Shown piece after piece: positions 10,101 to 25,100 of a stretch of 64,000 bases of DNA. The first letter of the stretch is position 1; each line of letters starts with the position of its first letter. The notes below the pieces were generated by a model, which worked only from the letters and a program-made list of their open reading frames with translations, ran no database searches and had not been told where the DNA came from. Made by a program: the position numbers and the translations under genes. Source of the stretch: Utricularia gibba (lineage: Eukaryota; Plantae; Magnoliophyta); NCBI GenBank assembly GCA_002189035.1, contig NEEC01000044.1, positions 1-64,000 on the forward strand, in the 5' to 3' direction.

Positions 10101-13100
10101 AAACTCAGCACATGGATTCGCAATGATGGCAAGGGAGAGCACGTCCAATGGCGTAGTTACCGCGCCGCAATCGCATTCGAGGAGAAAAGAAGTTGTTTGG
10201 AAAAGAATTGGGCATCAAGGAAGACCGTTCAAATAGGCTCACGAAATTTGGAATTGGAGCAGCAGTACGTGTGACTTGTGTTGCTCCACCATTATGTGCG
10301 TCGATGGGTGTAGCGTGTTTGCGCAGTTTCACAAGGATACAGGGTGGCGAACAGTAGTTTGCAATAAGCATGAAGCGGGGGGTACCGCTTGTGCACAAAA
10401 AGCTATAAAAGCTGTCCTTGTATAATTTCCCATGGGTATGAACCAGGTGCCGGGTTCACACGCAAGCCTTCAGGTGAATCTACGTGACGATATTCATTCC
10501 AAGCTCCGTCGGATAGTGCCACCCTCGATAGCCAGCATATCAATGCTATCTTGACAGGCTGCTGACGGGAATCGACAGTCCCCGAGCTCACTTTTTGCTA
10601 CATGGATTTAAAGAAGTTGAGTAGCTTATGTTTGTATGCAGAACACGAGAAGTCCCCATCCGTCGCAGAAAAGGGGCGTGGATAGATGTGAGTGTTGCCA
10701 CTCCCTTCTCTATGACCTTAAAATCGTGTATTTGTGTGCTTCTTGCGGTTTGTCTTCAGACCGGAATGTCCTTCTTCGAGGTTCACTTCATTGTGGTGCA
10801 CTCGGGTTGTTCCGCTTGTATTTCCTCACGAGAGGAGATACGTTTGTGTCCTCCTTCACTTCATGGAAAGATGTGGGAGCACGCAGCAGATTATGGAGAT
10901 TTGAAACAGAACACACATCACGAGGCAACCTAACGACGCAGCAACCAGCCCGACCTCGGTCTACCTGGAGCACCATCAATGAGCATGGCGTTGGAAGTGG
11001 CATACTCTACATGCAAAACGTAACCACCACCTCCTCTGACGTATGCTCGGTTCTCCTTGTAGGTGGAGTGGATGGTGGTCCCGATGACGCGCCTCCTACA
11101 TGCACCTCGAACCACGCAGGTAATGCAAGCACACGCAACATCATGCGTCTTCACTCCACAGCAGGAGGCTCCATGCATGTTTCTAACAGCATCGATCATT
11201 CGCTCCCCTTCATTTCGAGCTTCACGAGATGGCTGGAATACCATCGAAACCCTGCATATCTTTCCTGGAGCACCCGCCCAAGTGCGACAAAGCTCCTATT
11301 TTCTTAGGACATCCGCGTCATGGCCATTCTTCGTCTCAACTTGTTTTCCCAGAGTGGGCTCGAAGGCGACGATCCGTTAACATGCAGCAAAGGAAGCCAA
11401 CACTCGCCAACAGAAGGTCACGCTTTGCGGAAACCATGCTCTCTAAAAGGCATTGCATAACAATCCGAACGAGCTCACCAGCAGGAACTCAGGGAACGTG
11501 AGTTGGGACATGATGAAAGGGAAGTATGAGGCGAATTCGCATTCCAATGTTATCACTATTTGCGATCCCAAAATTGAATCCAAAAGTTCGTAGCAGAGAG
11601 GCTGCAAAAAACTACAGAAATCGGTTCTCGAAGGCCGTACCAGCATTCCAACATGAGGGGCACACGCAAAGGGATCCTTGGAGCAACAAACGGTGGTACG
11701 CATACGCGACCAGGGTTGCGCCCAAAGTCATCGATCCTGGATCGCGGCGTTGTGAACGTCGTTTTCACAATCGTGTAGCTGTGTAGAACCATTCAAGCTG
11801 TAGAATGCAAGGTGCGCCTACATGTCCGGTGGTTCGAAGGAGCGTTCATCCGCATGAGGTTTCTGCGAGTCCAAGGGTTGGAATGCAGTCAATTAGCCAT
11901 GGGAGTAAGAAAAAAAGACGAACAAGTCGAGAAACCCTCCAAAAGGGCGCGGTGTCTAGAACACCTCCTTTGAGAATGGAGGGCGGATGGAACTTGCTCC
12001 ACATGCCGCGAATGGAGATATGCATACGAAAAAACACCAACATCGGGTCACCGACGTCGTTGCCAAGGAACTCTCTACAAGCACCGTGTGACGACCTCCT
12101 TTGCAGCTATTGGATCCCCCTGCGGAGTGTCTCCGTACCTCGAAAAAACGAGCTTTCTACGGTAGCTCGTTTTCAGGAGCGCATGGCTCTTGAAACTCAG
12201 CACATGGATTCGCAATGATGGCAAGGGAGAGCACGTCCAATGGCGTAGTTACCGCGCCGCAATCGCATTCGAGGAGAAAAGAAGTTGTTTGGAAAAGAAT
12301 TGGGCATCAAGGAAGACCGTTCAAATAGGCTCACGAAATTTGGAATTGGAGCAGCAGTACGTGTGACTTGTGTTGCTCCACCATTATGTGCGTCGATGGG
12401 TGTAGCGTGTTTGCGCAGTTTCACAAGGATACAGGGTGGCGAACAGTAGTTTGCAATAAGCATGAAGCGGGGGGTACCGCTTGTGCACAAAAAGCTATAA
12501 AAGCTGTCCTTGTATAATTTCCCATGGGTATGAACCAGGTGCCGGGTTCACACGCAAGCCTTCAGGTGAATCTACGTGACGATATTCATTCCAAGCTCCG
12601 TCGGATAGTGCCACCCTCGATAGCCAGCATATCAATGCTATCTTGACAGGCTGCTGACGGGAATCGACAGTCCCCGAGCTCACTTTTTGCTACATGGATT
12701 TAAAGAAGTTGAGTAGCTTATGTTTGTATGCAGAACACGAGAAGTCCCCATCCGTCGCAGAAAAGGGGCGTGGATAGATGTGAGTGTTGCCACTCCCTTC
12801 TCTATGACCTTAAAATCGTGTATTTGTGTGCTTCTTGCGGTTTGTCTTCAGACCGGAATGTCCTTCTTCGAGGTTCACTTCATTGTGGTGCACTCGGGTT
12901 GTTCCGCTTGTATTTCCTCACGAGAGGAGATACGTTTGTGTCCTCCTTCACTTCATGGAAAGATGTGGGAGCACGCAGCAGATTATGGAGATTTGAAACA
13001 GAACACACATCACGAGGCAACCTAACGACGCAGCAACCAGCCCGACCTCGGTCTACCTGGAGCACCATCAATGAGCATGGCGTTGGAAGTGGCATACTCT

Positions 13101-16100
13101 ACATGCAAAACGTAACCACCACCTCCTCTGACGTATGCTCGGTTCTCCTTGTAGGTGGAGTGGATGGTGGTCCCGATGACGCGCCTCCTACATGCACCTC
13201 GAACCACGCAGGTAATGCAAGCACACGCAACATCATGCGTCTTCACTCCACAGCAGGAGGCTCCATGCATGTTTCTAACAGCATCGATCATTCGCTCCCC
13301 TTCATTTCGAGCTTCACGAGATGGCTGGAATACCATCGAAACCCTGCATATCTTTCCTGGAGCACCCGCCCAAGTGCGACAAAGCTCCTATTTTCTTAGG
13401 ACATCCGCGTCATGGCCATTCTTCGTCTCAACTTGTTTTCCCAGAGTGGGCTCGAAGGCGACGATCCGTTAACATGCAGCAAAGGAAGCCAACACTCGCC
13501 AACAGAAGGTCACGCTTTGCGGAAACCATGCTCTCTAAAAGGCATTGCATAACAATCCGAACGAGCTCACCAGCAGGAACTCAGGGAACGTGAGTTGGGA
13601 CATGATGAAAGGGAAGTATGAGGCGAATTCGCATTCCAATGTTATCACTATTTGCGATCCCAAAATTGAATCCAAAAGTTCGTAGCAGAGAGGCTGCAAA
13701 AAACTACAGAAATCGGTTCTCGAAGGCCGTACCAGCATTCCAACATGAGGGGCACACGCAAAGGGATCCTTGGAGCAACAAACGGTGGTACGCATACGCG
13801 ACCAGGGTTGCGCCCAAAGTCATCGATCCTGGATCGCGGCGTTGTGAACGTCGTTTTCACAATCGTGTAGCTGTGTAGAACCATTCAAGCTGTAGAATGC
13901 AAGGTGCGCCTACATGTCCGGTGGTTCGAAGGAGCGTTCATCCGCATGAGGTTTCTGCGAGTCCAAGGGTTGGAATGCAGTCAATTAGCCATGGGAGTAA
14001 GAAAAAAAGACGAACAAGTCGAGAAACCCTCCAAAAGGGCGCGGTGTCTAGAACACCTCCTTTGAGAATGGAGGGCGGATGGAACTTGCTCCACATGCCG
14101 CGAATGGAGATATGCATACGAAAAAACACCAACATCGGGTCACCGACGTCGTTGCCAAGGAACTCTCTACAAGCACCGTGTGACGACCTCCTTTGCAGCT
14201 ATTGGATCCCCCTGCGGAGTGTCTCCGTACCTCGAAAAAACGAGCTTTCTACGGTAGCTCGTTTTCAGGAGCGCATGGCTCTTGAAACTCAGCACATGGA
14301 TTCGCAATGATGGCAAGGGAGAGCACGTCCAATGGCGTAGTTACCGCGCCGCAATCGCATTCGAGGAGAAAAGAAGTTGTTTGGAAAAGAATTGGGCATC
14401 AAGGAAGACCGTTCAAATAGGCTCACGAAATTTGGAATTGGAGCAGCAGTACGTGTGACTTGTGTTGCTCCACCATTATGTGCGTCGATGGGTGTAGCGT
14501 GTTTGCGCAGTTTCACAAGGATACAGGGTGGCGAACAGTAGTTTGCAATAAGCATGAAGCGGGGGGTACCGCTTGTGCACAAAAAGCTATAAAAGCTGTC
14601 CTTGTATAATTTCCCATGGGTATGAACCAGGTGCCGGGTTCACACGCAAGCCTTCAGGTGAATCTACGTGACGATATTCATTCCAAGCTCCGTCGGATAG
14701 TGCCACCCTCGATAGCCAGCATATCAATGCTATCTTGACAGGCTGCTGACGGGAATCGACAGTCCCCGAGCTCACTTTTTGCTACATGGATTTAAAGAAG
14801 TTGAGTAGCTTATGTTTGTATGCAGAACACGAGAAGTCCCCATCCGTCGCAGAAAAGGGGCGTGGATAGATGTGAGTGTTGCCACTCCCTTCTCTATGAC
14901 CTTAAAATCGTGTATTTGTGTGCTTCTTGCGGTTTGTCTTCAGACCGGAATGTCCTTCTTCGAGGTTCACTTCATTGTGGTGCACTCGGGTTGTTCCGCT
15001 TGTATTTCCTCACGAGAGGAGATACGTTTGTGTCCTCCTTCACTTCATGGAAAGATGTGGGAGCACGCAGCAGATTATGGAGATTTGAAACAGAACACAC
15101 ATCACGAGGCAACCTAACGACGCAGCAACCAGCCCGACCTCGGTCTACCTGGAGCACCATCAATGAGCATGGCGTTGGAAGTGGCATACTCTACATGCAA
15201 AACGTAACCACCACCTCCTCTGACGTATGCTCGGTTCTCCTTGTAGGTGGAGTGGATGGTGGTCCCGATGACGCGCCTCCTACATGCACCTCGAACCACG
15301 CAGGTAATGCAAGCACACGCAACATCATGCGTCTTCACTCCACAGCAGGAGGCTCCATGCATGTTTCTAACAGCATCGATCATTCGCTCCCCTTCATTTC
15401 GAGCTTCACGAGATGGCTGGAATACCATCGAAACCCTGCATATCTTTCCTGGAGCACCCGCCCAAGTGCGACAAAGCTCCTATTTTCTTAGGACATCCGC
15501 GTCATGGCCATTCTTCGTCTCAACTTGTTTTCCCAGAGTGGGCTCGAAGGCGACGATCCGTTAACATGCAGCAAAGGAAGCCAACACTCGCCAACAGAAG
15601 GTCACGCTTTGCGGAAACCATGCTCTCTAAAAGGCATTGCATAACAATCCGAACGAGCTCACCAGCAGGAACTCAGGGAACGTGAGTTGGGACATGATGA
15701 AAGGGAAGTATGAGGCGAATTCGCATTCCAATGTTATCACTATTTGCGATCCCAAAATTGAATCCAAAAGTTCGTAGCAGAGAGGCTGCAAAAAACTACA
15801 GAAATCGGTTCTCGAAGGCCGTACCAGCATTCCAACATGAGGGGCACACGCAAAGGGATCCTTGGAGCAACAAACGGTGGTACGCATACGCGACCAGGGT
15901 TGCGCCCAAAGTCATCGATCCTGGATCGCGGCGTTGTGAACGTCGTTTTCACAATCGTGTAGCTGTGTAGAACCATTCAAGCTGTAGAATGCAAGGTGCG
16001 CCTACATGTCCGGTGGTTCGAAGGAGCGTTCATCCGCATGAGGTTTCTGCGAGTCCAAGGGTTGGAATGCAGTCAATTAGCCATGGGAGTAAGAAAAAAA

Positions 16101-19100
16101 GACGAACAAGTCGAGAAACCCTCCAAAAGGGCGCGGTGTCTAGAACACCTCCTTTGAGAATGGAGGGCGGATGGAACTTGCTCCACATGCCGCGAATGGA
16201 GATATGCATACGAAAAAACACCAACATCGGGTCACCGACGTCGTTGCCAAGGAACTCTCTACAAGCACCGTGTGACGACCTCCTTTGCAGCTATTGGATC
16301 CCCCTGCGGAGTGTCTCCGTACCTCGAAAAAACGAGCTTTCTACGGTAGCTCGTTTTCAGGAGCGCATGGCTCTTGAAACTCAGCACATGGATTCGCAAT
16401 GATGGCAAGGGAGAGCACGTCCAATGGCGTAGTTACCGCGCCGCAATCGCATTCGAGGAGAAAAGAAGTTGTTTGGAAAAGAATTGGGCATCAAGGAAGA
16501 CCGTTCAAATAGGCTCACGAAATTTGGAATTGGAGCAGCAGTACGTGTGACTTGTGTTGCTCCACCATTATGTGCGTCGATGGGTGTAGCGTGTTTGCGC
16601 AGTTTCACAAGGATACAGGGTGGCGAACAGTAGTTTGCAATAAGCATGAAGCGGGGGGTACCGCTTGTGCACAAAAAGCTATAAAAGCTGTCCTTGTATA
16701 ATTTCCCATGGGTATGAACCAGGTGCCGGGTTCACACGCAAGCCTTCAGGTGAATCTACGTGACGATATTCATTCCAAGCTCCGTCGGATAGTGCCACCC
16801 TCGATAGCCAGCATATCAATGCTATCTTGACAGGCTGCTGACGGGAATCGACAGTCCCCGAGCTCACTTTTTGCTACATGGATTTAAAGAAGTTGAGTAG
16901 CTTATGTTTGTATGCAGAACACGAGAAGTCCCCATCCGTCGCAGAAAAGGGGCGTGGATAGATGTGAGTGTTGCCACTCCCTTCTCTATGACCTTAAAAT
17001 CGTGTATTTGTGTGCTTCTTGCGGTTTGTCTTCAGACCGGAATGTCCTTCTTCGAGGTTCACTTCATTGTGGTGCACTCGGGTTGTTCCGCTTGTATTTC
17101 CTCACGAGAGGAGATACGTTTGTGTCCTCCTTCACTTCATGGAAAGATGTGGGAGCACGCAGCAGATTATGGAGATTTGAAACAGAACACACATCACGAG
17201 GCAACCTAACGACGCAGCAACCAGCCCGACCTCGGTCTACCTGGAGCACCATCAATGAGCATGGCGTTGGAAGTGGCATACTCTACATGCAAAACGTAAC
17301 CACCACCTCCTCTGACGTATGCTCGGTTCTCCTTGTAGGTGGAGTGGATGGTGGTCCCGATGACGCGCCTCCTACATGCACCTCGAACCACGCAGGTAAT
17401 GCAAGCACACGCAACATCATGCGTCTTCACTCCACAGCAGGAGGCTCCATGCATGTTTCTAACAGCATCGATCATTCGCTCCCCTTCATTTCGAGCTTCA
17501 CGAGATGGCTGGAATACCATCGAAACCCTGCATATCTTTCCTGGAGCACCCGCCCAAGTGCGACAAAGCTCCTATTTTCTTAGGACATCCGCGTCATGGC
17601 CATTCTTCGTCTCAACTTGTTTTCCCAGAGTGGGCTCGAAGGCGACGATCCGTTAACATGCAGCAAAGGAAGCCAACACTCGCCAACAGAAGGTCACGCT
17701 TTGCGGAAACCATGCTCTCTAAAAGGCATTGCATAACAATCCGAACGAGCTCACCAGCAGGAACTCAGGGAACGTGAGTTGGGACATGATGAAAGGGAAG
17801 TATGAGGCGAATTCGCATTCCAATGTTATCACTATTTGCGATCCCAAAATTGAATCCAAAAGTTCGTAGCAGAGAGGCTGCAAAAAACTACAGAAATCGG
17901 TTCTCGAAGGCCGTACCAGCATTCCAACATGAGGGGCACACGCAAAGGGATCCTTGGAGCAACAAACGGTGGTACGCATACGCGACCAGGGTTGCGCCCA
18001 AAGTCATCGATCCTGGATCGCGGCGTTGTGAACGTCGTTTTCACAATCGTGTAGCTGTGTAGAACCATTCAAGCTGTAGAATGCAAGGTGCGCCTACATG
18101 TCCGGTGGTTCGAAGGAGCGTTCATCCGCATGAGGTTTCTGCGAGTCCAAGGGTTGGAATGCAGTCAATTAGCCATGGGAGTAAGAAAAAAAGACGAACA
18201 AGTCGAGAAACCCTCCAAAAGGGCGCGGTGTCTAGAACACCTCCTTTGAGAATGGAGGGCGGATGGAACTTGCTCCACATGCCGCGAATGGAGATATGCA
18301 TACGAAAAAACACCAACATCGGGTCACCGACGTCGTTGCCAAGGAACTCTCTACAAGCACCGTGTGACGACCTCCTTTGCAGCTATTGGATCCCCCTGCG
18401 GAGTGTCTCCGTACCTCGAAAAAACGAGCTTTCTACGGTAGCTCGTTTTCAGGAGCGCATGGCTCTTGAAACTCAGCACATGGATTCGCAATGATGGCAA
18501 GGGAGAGCACGTCCAATGGCGTAGTTACCGCGCCGCAATCGCATTCGAGGAGAAAAGAAGTTGTTTGGAAAAGAATTGGGCATCAAGGAAGACCGTTCAA
18601 ATAGGCTCACGAAATTTGGAATTGGAGCAGCAGTACGTGTGACTTGTGTTGCTCCACCATTATGTGCGTCGATGGGTGTAGCGTGTTTGCGCAGTTTCAC
18701 AAGGATACAGGGTGGCGAACAGTAGTTTGCAATAAGCATGAAGCGGGGGGTACCGCTTGTGCACAAAAAGCTATAAAAGCTGTCCTTGTATAATTTCCCA
18801 TGGGTATGAACCAGGTGCCGGGTTCACACGCAAGCCTTCAGGTGAATCTACGTGACGATATTCATTCCAAGCTCCGTCGGATAGTGCCACCCTCGATAGC
18901 CAGCATATCAATGCTATCTTGACAGGCTGCTGACGGGAATCGACAGTCCCCGAGCTCACTTTTTGCTACATGGATTTAAAGAAGTTGAGTAGCTTATGTT
19001 TGTATGCAGAACACGAGAAGTCCCCATCCGTCGCAGAAAAGGGGCGTGGATAGATGTGAGTGTTGCCACTCCCTTCTCTATGACCTTAAAATCGTGTATT

Positions 19101-22100
19101 TGTGTGCTTCTTGCGGTTTGTCTTCAGACCGGAATGTCCTTCTTCGAGGTTCACTTCATTGTGGTGCACTCGGGTTGTTCCGCTTGTATTTCCTCACGAG
19201 AGGAGATACGTTTGTGTCCTCCTTCACTTCATGGAAAGATGTGGGAGCACGCAGCAGATTATGGAGATTTGAAACAGAACACACATCACGAGGCAACCTA
19301 ACGACGCAGCAACCAGCCCGACCTCGGTCTACCTGGAGCACCATCAATGAGCATGGCGTTGGAAGTGGCATACTCTACATGCAAAACGTAACCACCACCT
19401 CCTCTGACGTATGCTCGGTTCTCCTTGTAGGTGGAGTGGATGGTGGTCCCGATGACGCGCCTCCTACATGCACCTCGAACCACGCAGGTAATGCAAGCAC
19501 ACGCAACATCATGCGTCTTCACTCCACAGCAGGAGGCTCCATGCATGTTTCTAACAGCATCGATCATTCGCTCCCCTTCATTTCGAGCTTCACGAGATGG
19601 CTGGAATACCATCGAAACCCTGCATATCTTTCCTGGAGCACCCGCCCAAGTGCGACAAAGCTCCTATTTTCTTAGGACATCCGCGTCATGGCCATTCTTC
19701 GTCTCAACTTGTTTTCCCAGAGTGGGCTCGAAGGCGACGATCCGTTAACATGCAGCAAAGGAAGCCAACACTCGCCAACAGAAGGTCACGCTTTGCGGAA
19801 ACCATGCTCTCTAAAAGGCATTGCATAACAATCCGAACGAGCTCACCAGCAGGAACTCAGGGAACGTGAGTTGGGACATGATGAAAGGGAAGTATGAGGC
19901 GAATTCGCATTCCAATGTTATCACTATTTGCGATCCCAAAATTGAATCCAAAAGTTCGTAGCAGAGAGGCTGCAAAAAACTACAGAAATCGGTTCTCGAA
20001 GGCCGTACCAGCATTCCAACATGAGGGGCACACGCAAAGGGATCCTTGGAGCAACAAACGGTGGTACGCATACGCGACCAGGGTTGCGCCCAAAGTCATC
20101 GATCCTGGATCGCGGCGTTGTGAACGTCGTTTTCACAATCGTGTAGCTGTGTAGAACCATTCAAGCTGTAGAATGCAAGGTGCGCCTACATGTCCGGTGG
20201 TTCGAAGGAGCGTTCATCCGCATGAGGTTTCTGCGAGTCCAAGGGTTGGAATGCAGTCAATTAGCCATGGGAGTAAGAAAAAAAGACGAACAAGTCGAGA
20301 AACCCTCCAAAAGGGCGCGGTGTCTAGAACACCTCCTTTGAGAATGGAGGGCGGATGGAACTTGCTCCACATGCCGCGAATGGAGATATGCATACGAAAA
20401 AACACCAACATCGGGTCACCGACGTCGTTGCCAAGGAACTCTCTACAAGCACCGTGTGACGACCTCCTTTGCAGCTATTGGATCCCCCTGCGGAGTGTCT
20501 CCGTACCTCGAAAAAACGAGCTTTCTACGGTAGCTCGTTTTCAGGAGCGCATGGCTCTTGAAACTCAGCACATGGATTCGCAATGATGGCAAGGGAGAGC
20601 ACGTCCAATGGCGTAGTTACCGCGCCGCAATCGCATTCGAGGAGAAAAGAAGTTGTTTGGAAAAGAATTGGGCATCAAGGAAGACCGTTCAAATAGGCTC
20701 ACGAAATTTGGAATTGGAGCAGCAGTACGTGTGACTTGTGTTGCTCCACCATTATGTGCGTCGATGGGTGTAGCGTGTTTGCGCAGTTTCACAAGGATAC
20801 AGGGTGGCGAACAGTAGTTTGCAATAAGCATGAAGCGGGGGGTACCGCTTGTGCACAAAAAGCTATAAAAGCTGTCCTTGTATAATTTCCCATGGGTATG
20901 AACCAGGTGCCGGGTTCACACGCAAGCCTTCAGGTGAATCTACGTGACGATATTCATTCCAAGCTCCGTCGGATAGTGCCACCCTCGATAGCCAGCATAT
21001 CAATGCTATCTTGACAGGCTGCTGACGGGAATCGACAGTCCCCGAGCTCACTTTTTGCTACATGGATTTAAAGAAGTTGAGTAGCTTATGTTTGTATGCA
21101 GAACACGAGAAGTCCCCATCCGTCGCAGAAAAGGGGCGTGGATAGATGTGAGTGTTGCCACTCCCTTCTCTATGACCTTAAAATCGTGTATTTGTGTGCT
21201 TCTTGCGGTTTGTCTTCAGACCGGAATGTCCTTCTTCGAGGTTCACTTCATTGTGGTGCACTCGGGTTGTTCCGCTTGTATTTCCTCACGAGAGGAGATA
21301 CGTTTGTGTCCTCCTTCACTTCATGGAAAGATGTGGGAGCACGCAGCAGATTATGGAGATTTGAAACAGAACACACATCACGAGGCAACCTAACGACGCA
21401 GCAACCAGCCCGACCTCGGTCTACCTGGAGCACCATCAATGAGCATGGCGTTGGAAGTGGCATACTCTACATGCAAAACGTAACCACCACCTCCTCTGAC
21501 GTATGCTCGGTTCTCCTTGTAGGTGGAGTGGATGGTGGTCCCGATGACGCGCCTCCTACATGCACCTCGAACCACGCAGGTAATGCAAGCACACGCAACA
21601 TCATGCGTCTTCACTCCACAGCAGGAGGCTCCATGCATGTTTCTAACAGCATCGATCATTCGCTCCCCTTCATTTCGAGCTTCACGAGATGGCTGGAATA
21701 CCATCGAAACCCTGCATATCTTTCCTGGAGCACCCGCCCAAGTGCGACAAAGCTCCTATTTTCTTAGGACATCCGCGTCATGGCCATTCTTCGTCTCAAC
21801 TTGTTTTCCCAGAGTGGGCTCGAAGGCGACGATCCGTTAACATGCAGCAAAGGAAGCCAACACTCGCCAACAGAAGGTCACGCTTTGCGGAAACCATGCT
21901 CTCTAAAAGGCATTGCATAACAATCCGAACGAGCTCACCAGCAGGAACTCAGGGAACGTGAGTTGGGACATGATGAAAGGGAAGTATGAGGCGAATTCGC
22001 ATTCCAATGTTATCACTATTTGCGATCCCAAAATTGAATCCAAAAGTTCGTAGCAGAGAGGCTGCAAAAAACTACAGAAATCGGTTCTCGAAGGCCGTAC

Positions 22101-25100
22101 CAGCATTCCAACATGAGGGGCACACGCAAAGGGATCCTTGGAGCAACAAACGGTGGTACGCATACGCGACCAGGGTTGCGCCCAAAGTCATCGATCCTGG
22201 ATCGCGGCGTTGTGAACGTCGTTTTCACAATCGTGTAGCTGTGTAGAACCATTCAAGCTGTAGAATGCAAGGTGCGCCTACATGTCCGGTGGTTCGAAGG
22301 AGCGTTCATCCGCATGAGGTTTCTGCGAGTCCAAGGGTTGGAATGCAGTCAATTAGCCATGGGAGTAAGAAAAAAAGACGAACAAGTCGAGAAACCCTCC
22401 AAAAGGGCGCGGTGTCTAGAACACCTCCTTTGAGAATGGAGGGCGGATGGAACTTGCTCCACATGCCGCGAATGGAGATATGCATACGAAAAAACACCAA
22501 CATCGGGTCACCGACGTCGTTGCCAAGGAACTCTCTACAAGCACCGTGTGACGACCTCCTTTGCAGCTATTGGATCCCCCTGCGGAGTGTCTCCGTACCT
22601 CGAAAAAACGAGCTTTCTACGGTAGCTCGTTTTCAGGAGCGCATGGCTCTTGAAACTCAGCACATGGATTCGCAATGATGGCAAGGGAGAGCACGTCCAA
22701 TGGCGTAGTTACCGCGCCGCAATCGCATTCGAGGAGAAAAGAAGTTGTTTGGAAAAGAATTGGGCATCAAGGAAGACCGTTCAAATAGGCTCACGAAATT
22801 TGGAATTGGAGCAGCAGTACGTGTGACTTGTGTTGCTCCACCATTATGTGCGTCGATGGGTGTAGCGTGTTTGCGCAGTTTCACAAGGATACAGGGTGGC
22901 GAACAGTAGTTTGCAATAAGCATGAAGCGGGGGGTACCGCTTGTGCACAAAAAGCTATAAAAGCTGTCCTTGTATAATTTCCCATGGGTATGAACCAGGT
23001 GCCGGGTTCACACGCAAGCCTTCAGGTGAATCTACGTGACGATATTCATTCCAAGCTCCGTCGGATAGTGCCACCCTCGATAGCCAGCATATCAATGCTA
23101 TCTTGACAGGCTGCTGACGGGAATCGACAGTCCCCGAGCTCACTTTTTGCTACATGGATTTAAAGAAGTTGAGTAGCTTATGTTTGTATGCAGAACACGA
23201 GAAGTCCCCATCCGTCGCAGAAAAGGGGCGTGGATAGATGTGAGTGTTGCCACTCCCTTCTCTATGACCTTAAAATCGTGTATTTGTGTGCTTCTTGCGG
23301 TTTGTCTTCAGACCGGAATGTCCTTCTTCGAGGTTCACTTCATTGTGGTGCACTCGGGTTGTTCCGCTTGTATTTCCTCACGAGAGGAGATACGTTTGTG
23401 TCCTCCTTCACTTCATGGAAAGATGTGGGAGCACGCAGCAGATTATGGAGATTTGAAACAGAACACACATCACGAGGCAACCTAACGACGCAGCAACCAG
23501 CCCGACCTCGGTCTACCTGGAGCACCATCAATGAGCATGGCGTTGGAAGTGGCATACTCTACATGCAAAACGTAACCACCACCTCCTCTGACGTATGCTC
23601 GGTTCTCCTTGTAGGTGGAGTGGATGGTGGTCCCGATGACGCGCCTCCTACATGCACCTCGAACCACGCAGGTAATGCAAGCACACGCAACATCATGCGT
23701 CTTCACTCCACAGCAGGAGGCTCCATGCATGTTTCTAACAGCATCGATCATTCGCTCCCCTTCATTTCGAGCTTCACGAGATGGCTGGAATACCATCGAA
23801 ACCCTGCATATCTTTCCTGGAGCACCCGCCCAAGTGCGACAAAGCTCCTATTTTCTTAGGACATCCGCGTCATGGCCATTCTTCGTCTCAACTTGTTTTC
23901 CCAGAGTGGGCTCGAAGGCGACGATCCGTTAACATGCAGCAAAGGAAGCCAACACTCGCCAACAGAAGGTCACGCTTTGCGGAAACCATGCTCTCTAAAA
24001 GGCATTGCATAACAATCCGAACGAGCTCACCAGCAGGAACTCAGGGAACGTGAGTTGGGACATGATGAAAGGGAAGTATGAGGCGAATTCGCATTCCAAT
24101 GTTATCACTATTTGCGATCCCAAAATTGAATCCAAAAGTTCGTAGCAGAGAGGCTGCAAAAAACTACAGAAATCGGTTCTCGAAGGCCGTACCAGCATTC
24201 CAACATGAGGGGCACACGCAAAGGGATCCTTGGAGCAACAAACGGTGGTACGCATACGCGACCAGGGTTGCGCCCAAAGTCATCGATCCTGGATCGCGGC
24301 GTTGTGAACGTCGTTTTCACAATCGTGTAGCTGTGTAGAACCATTCAAGCTGTAGAATGCAAGGTGCGCCTACATGTCCGGTGGTTCGAAGGAGCGTTCA
24401 TCCGCATGAGGTTTCTGCGAGTCCAAGGGTTGGAATGCAGTCAATTAGCCATGGGAGTAAGAAAAAAAGACGAACAAGTCGAGAAACCCTCCAAAAGGGC
24501 GCGGTGTCTAGAACACCTCCTTTGAGAATGGAGGGCGGATGGAACTTGCTCCACATGCCGCGAATGGAGATATGCATACGAAAAAACACCAACATCGGGT
24601 CACCGACGTCGTTGCCAAGGAACTCTCTACAAGCACCGTGTGACGACCTCCTTTGCAGCTATTGGATCCCCCTGCGGAGTGTCTCCGTACCTCGAAAAAA
24701 CGAGCTTTCTACGGTAGCTCGTTTTCAGGAGCGCATGGCTCTTGAAACTCAGCACATGGATTCGCAATGATGGCAAGGGAGAGCACGTCCAATGGCGTAG
24801 TTACCGCGCCGCAATCGCATTCGAGGAGAAAAGAAGTTGTTTGGAAAAGAATTGGGCATCAAGGAAGACCGTTCAAATAGGCTCACGAAATTTGGAATTG
24901 GAGCAGCAGTACGTGTGACTTGTGTTGCTCCACCATTATGTGCGTCGATGGGTGTAGCGTGTTTGCGCAGTTTCACAAGGATACAGGGTGGCGAACAGTA
25001 GTTTGCAATAAGCATGAAGCGGGGGGTACCGCTTGTGCACAAAAAGCTATAAAAGCTGTCCTTGTATAATTTCCCATGGGTATGAACCAGGTGCCGGGTT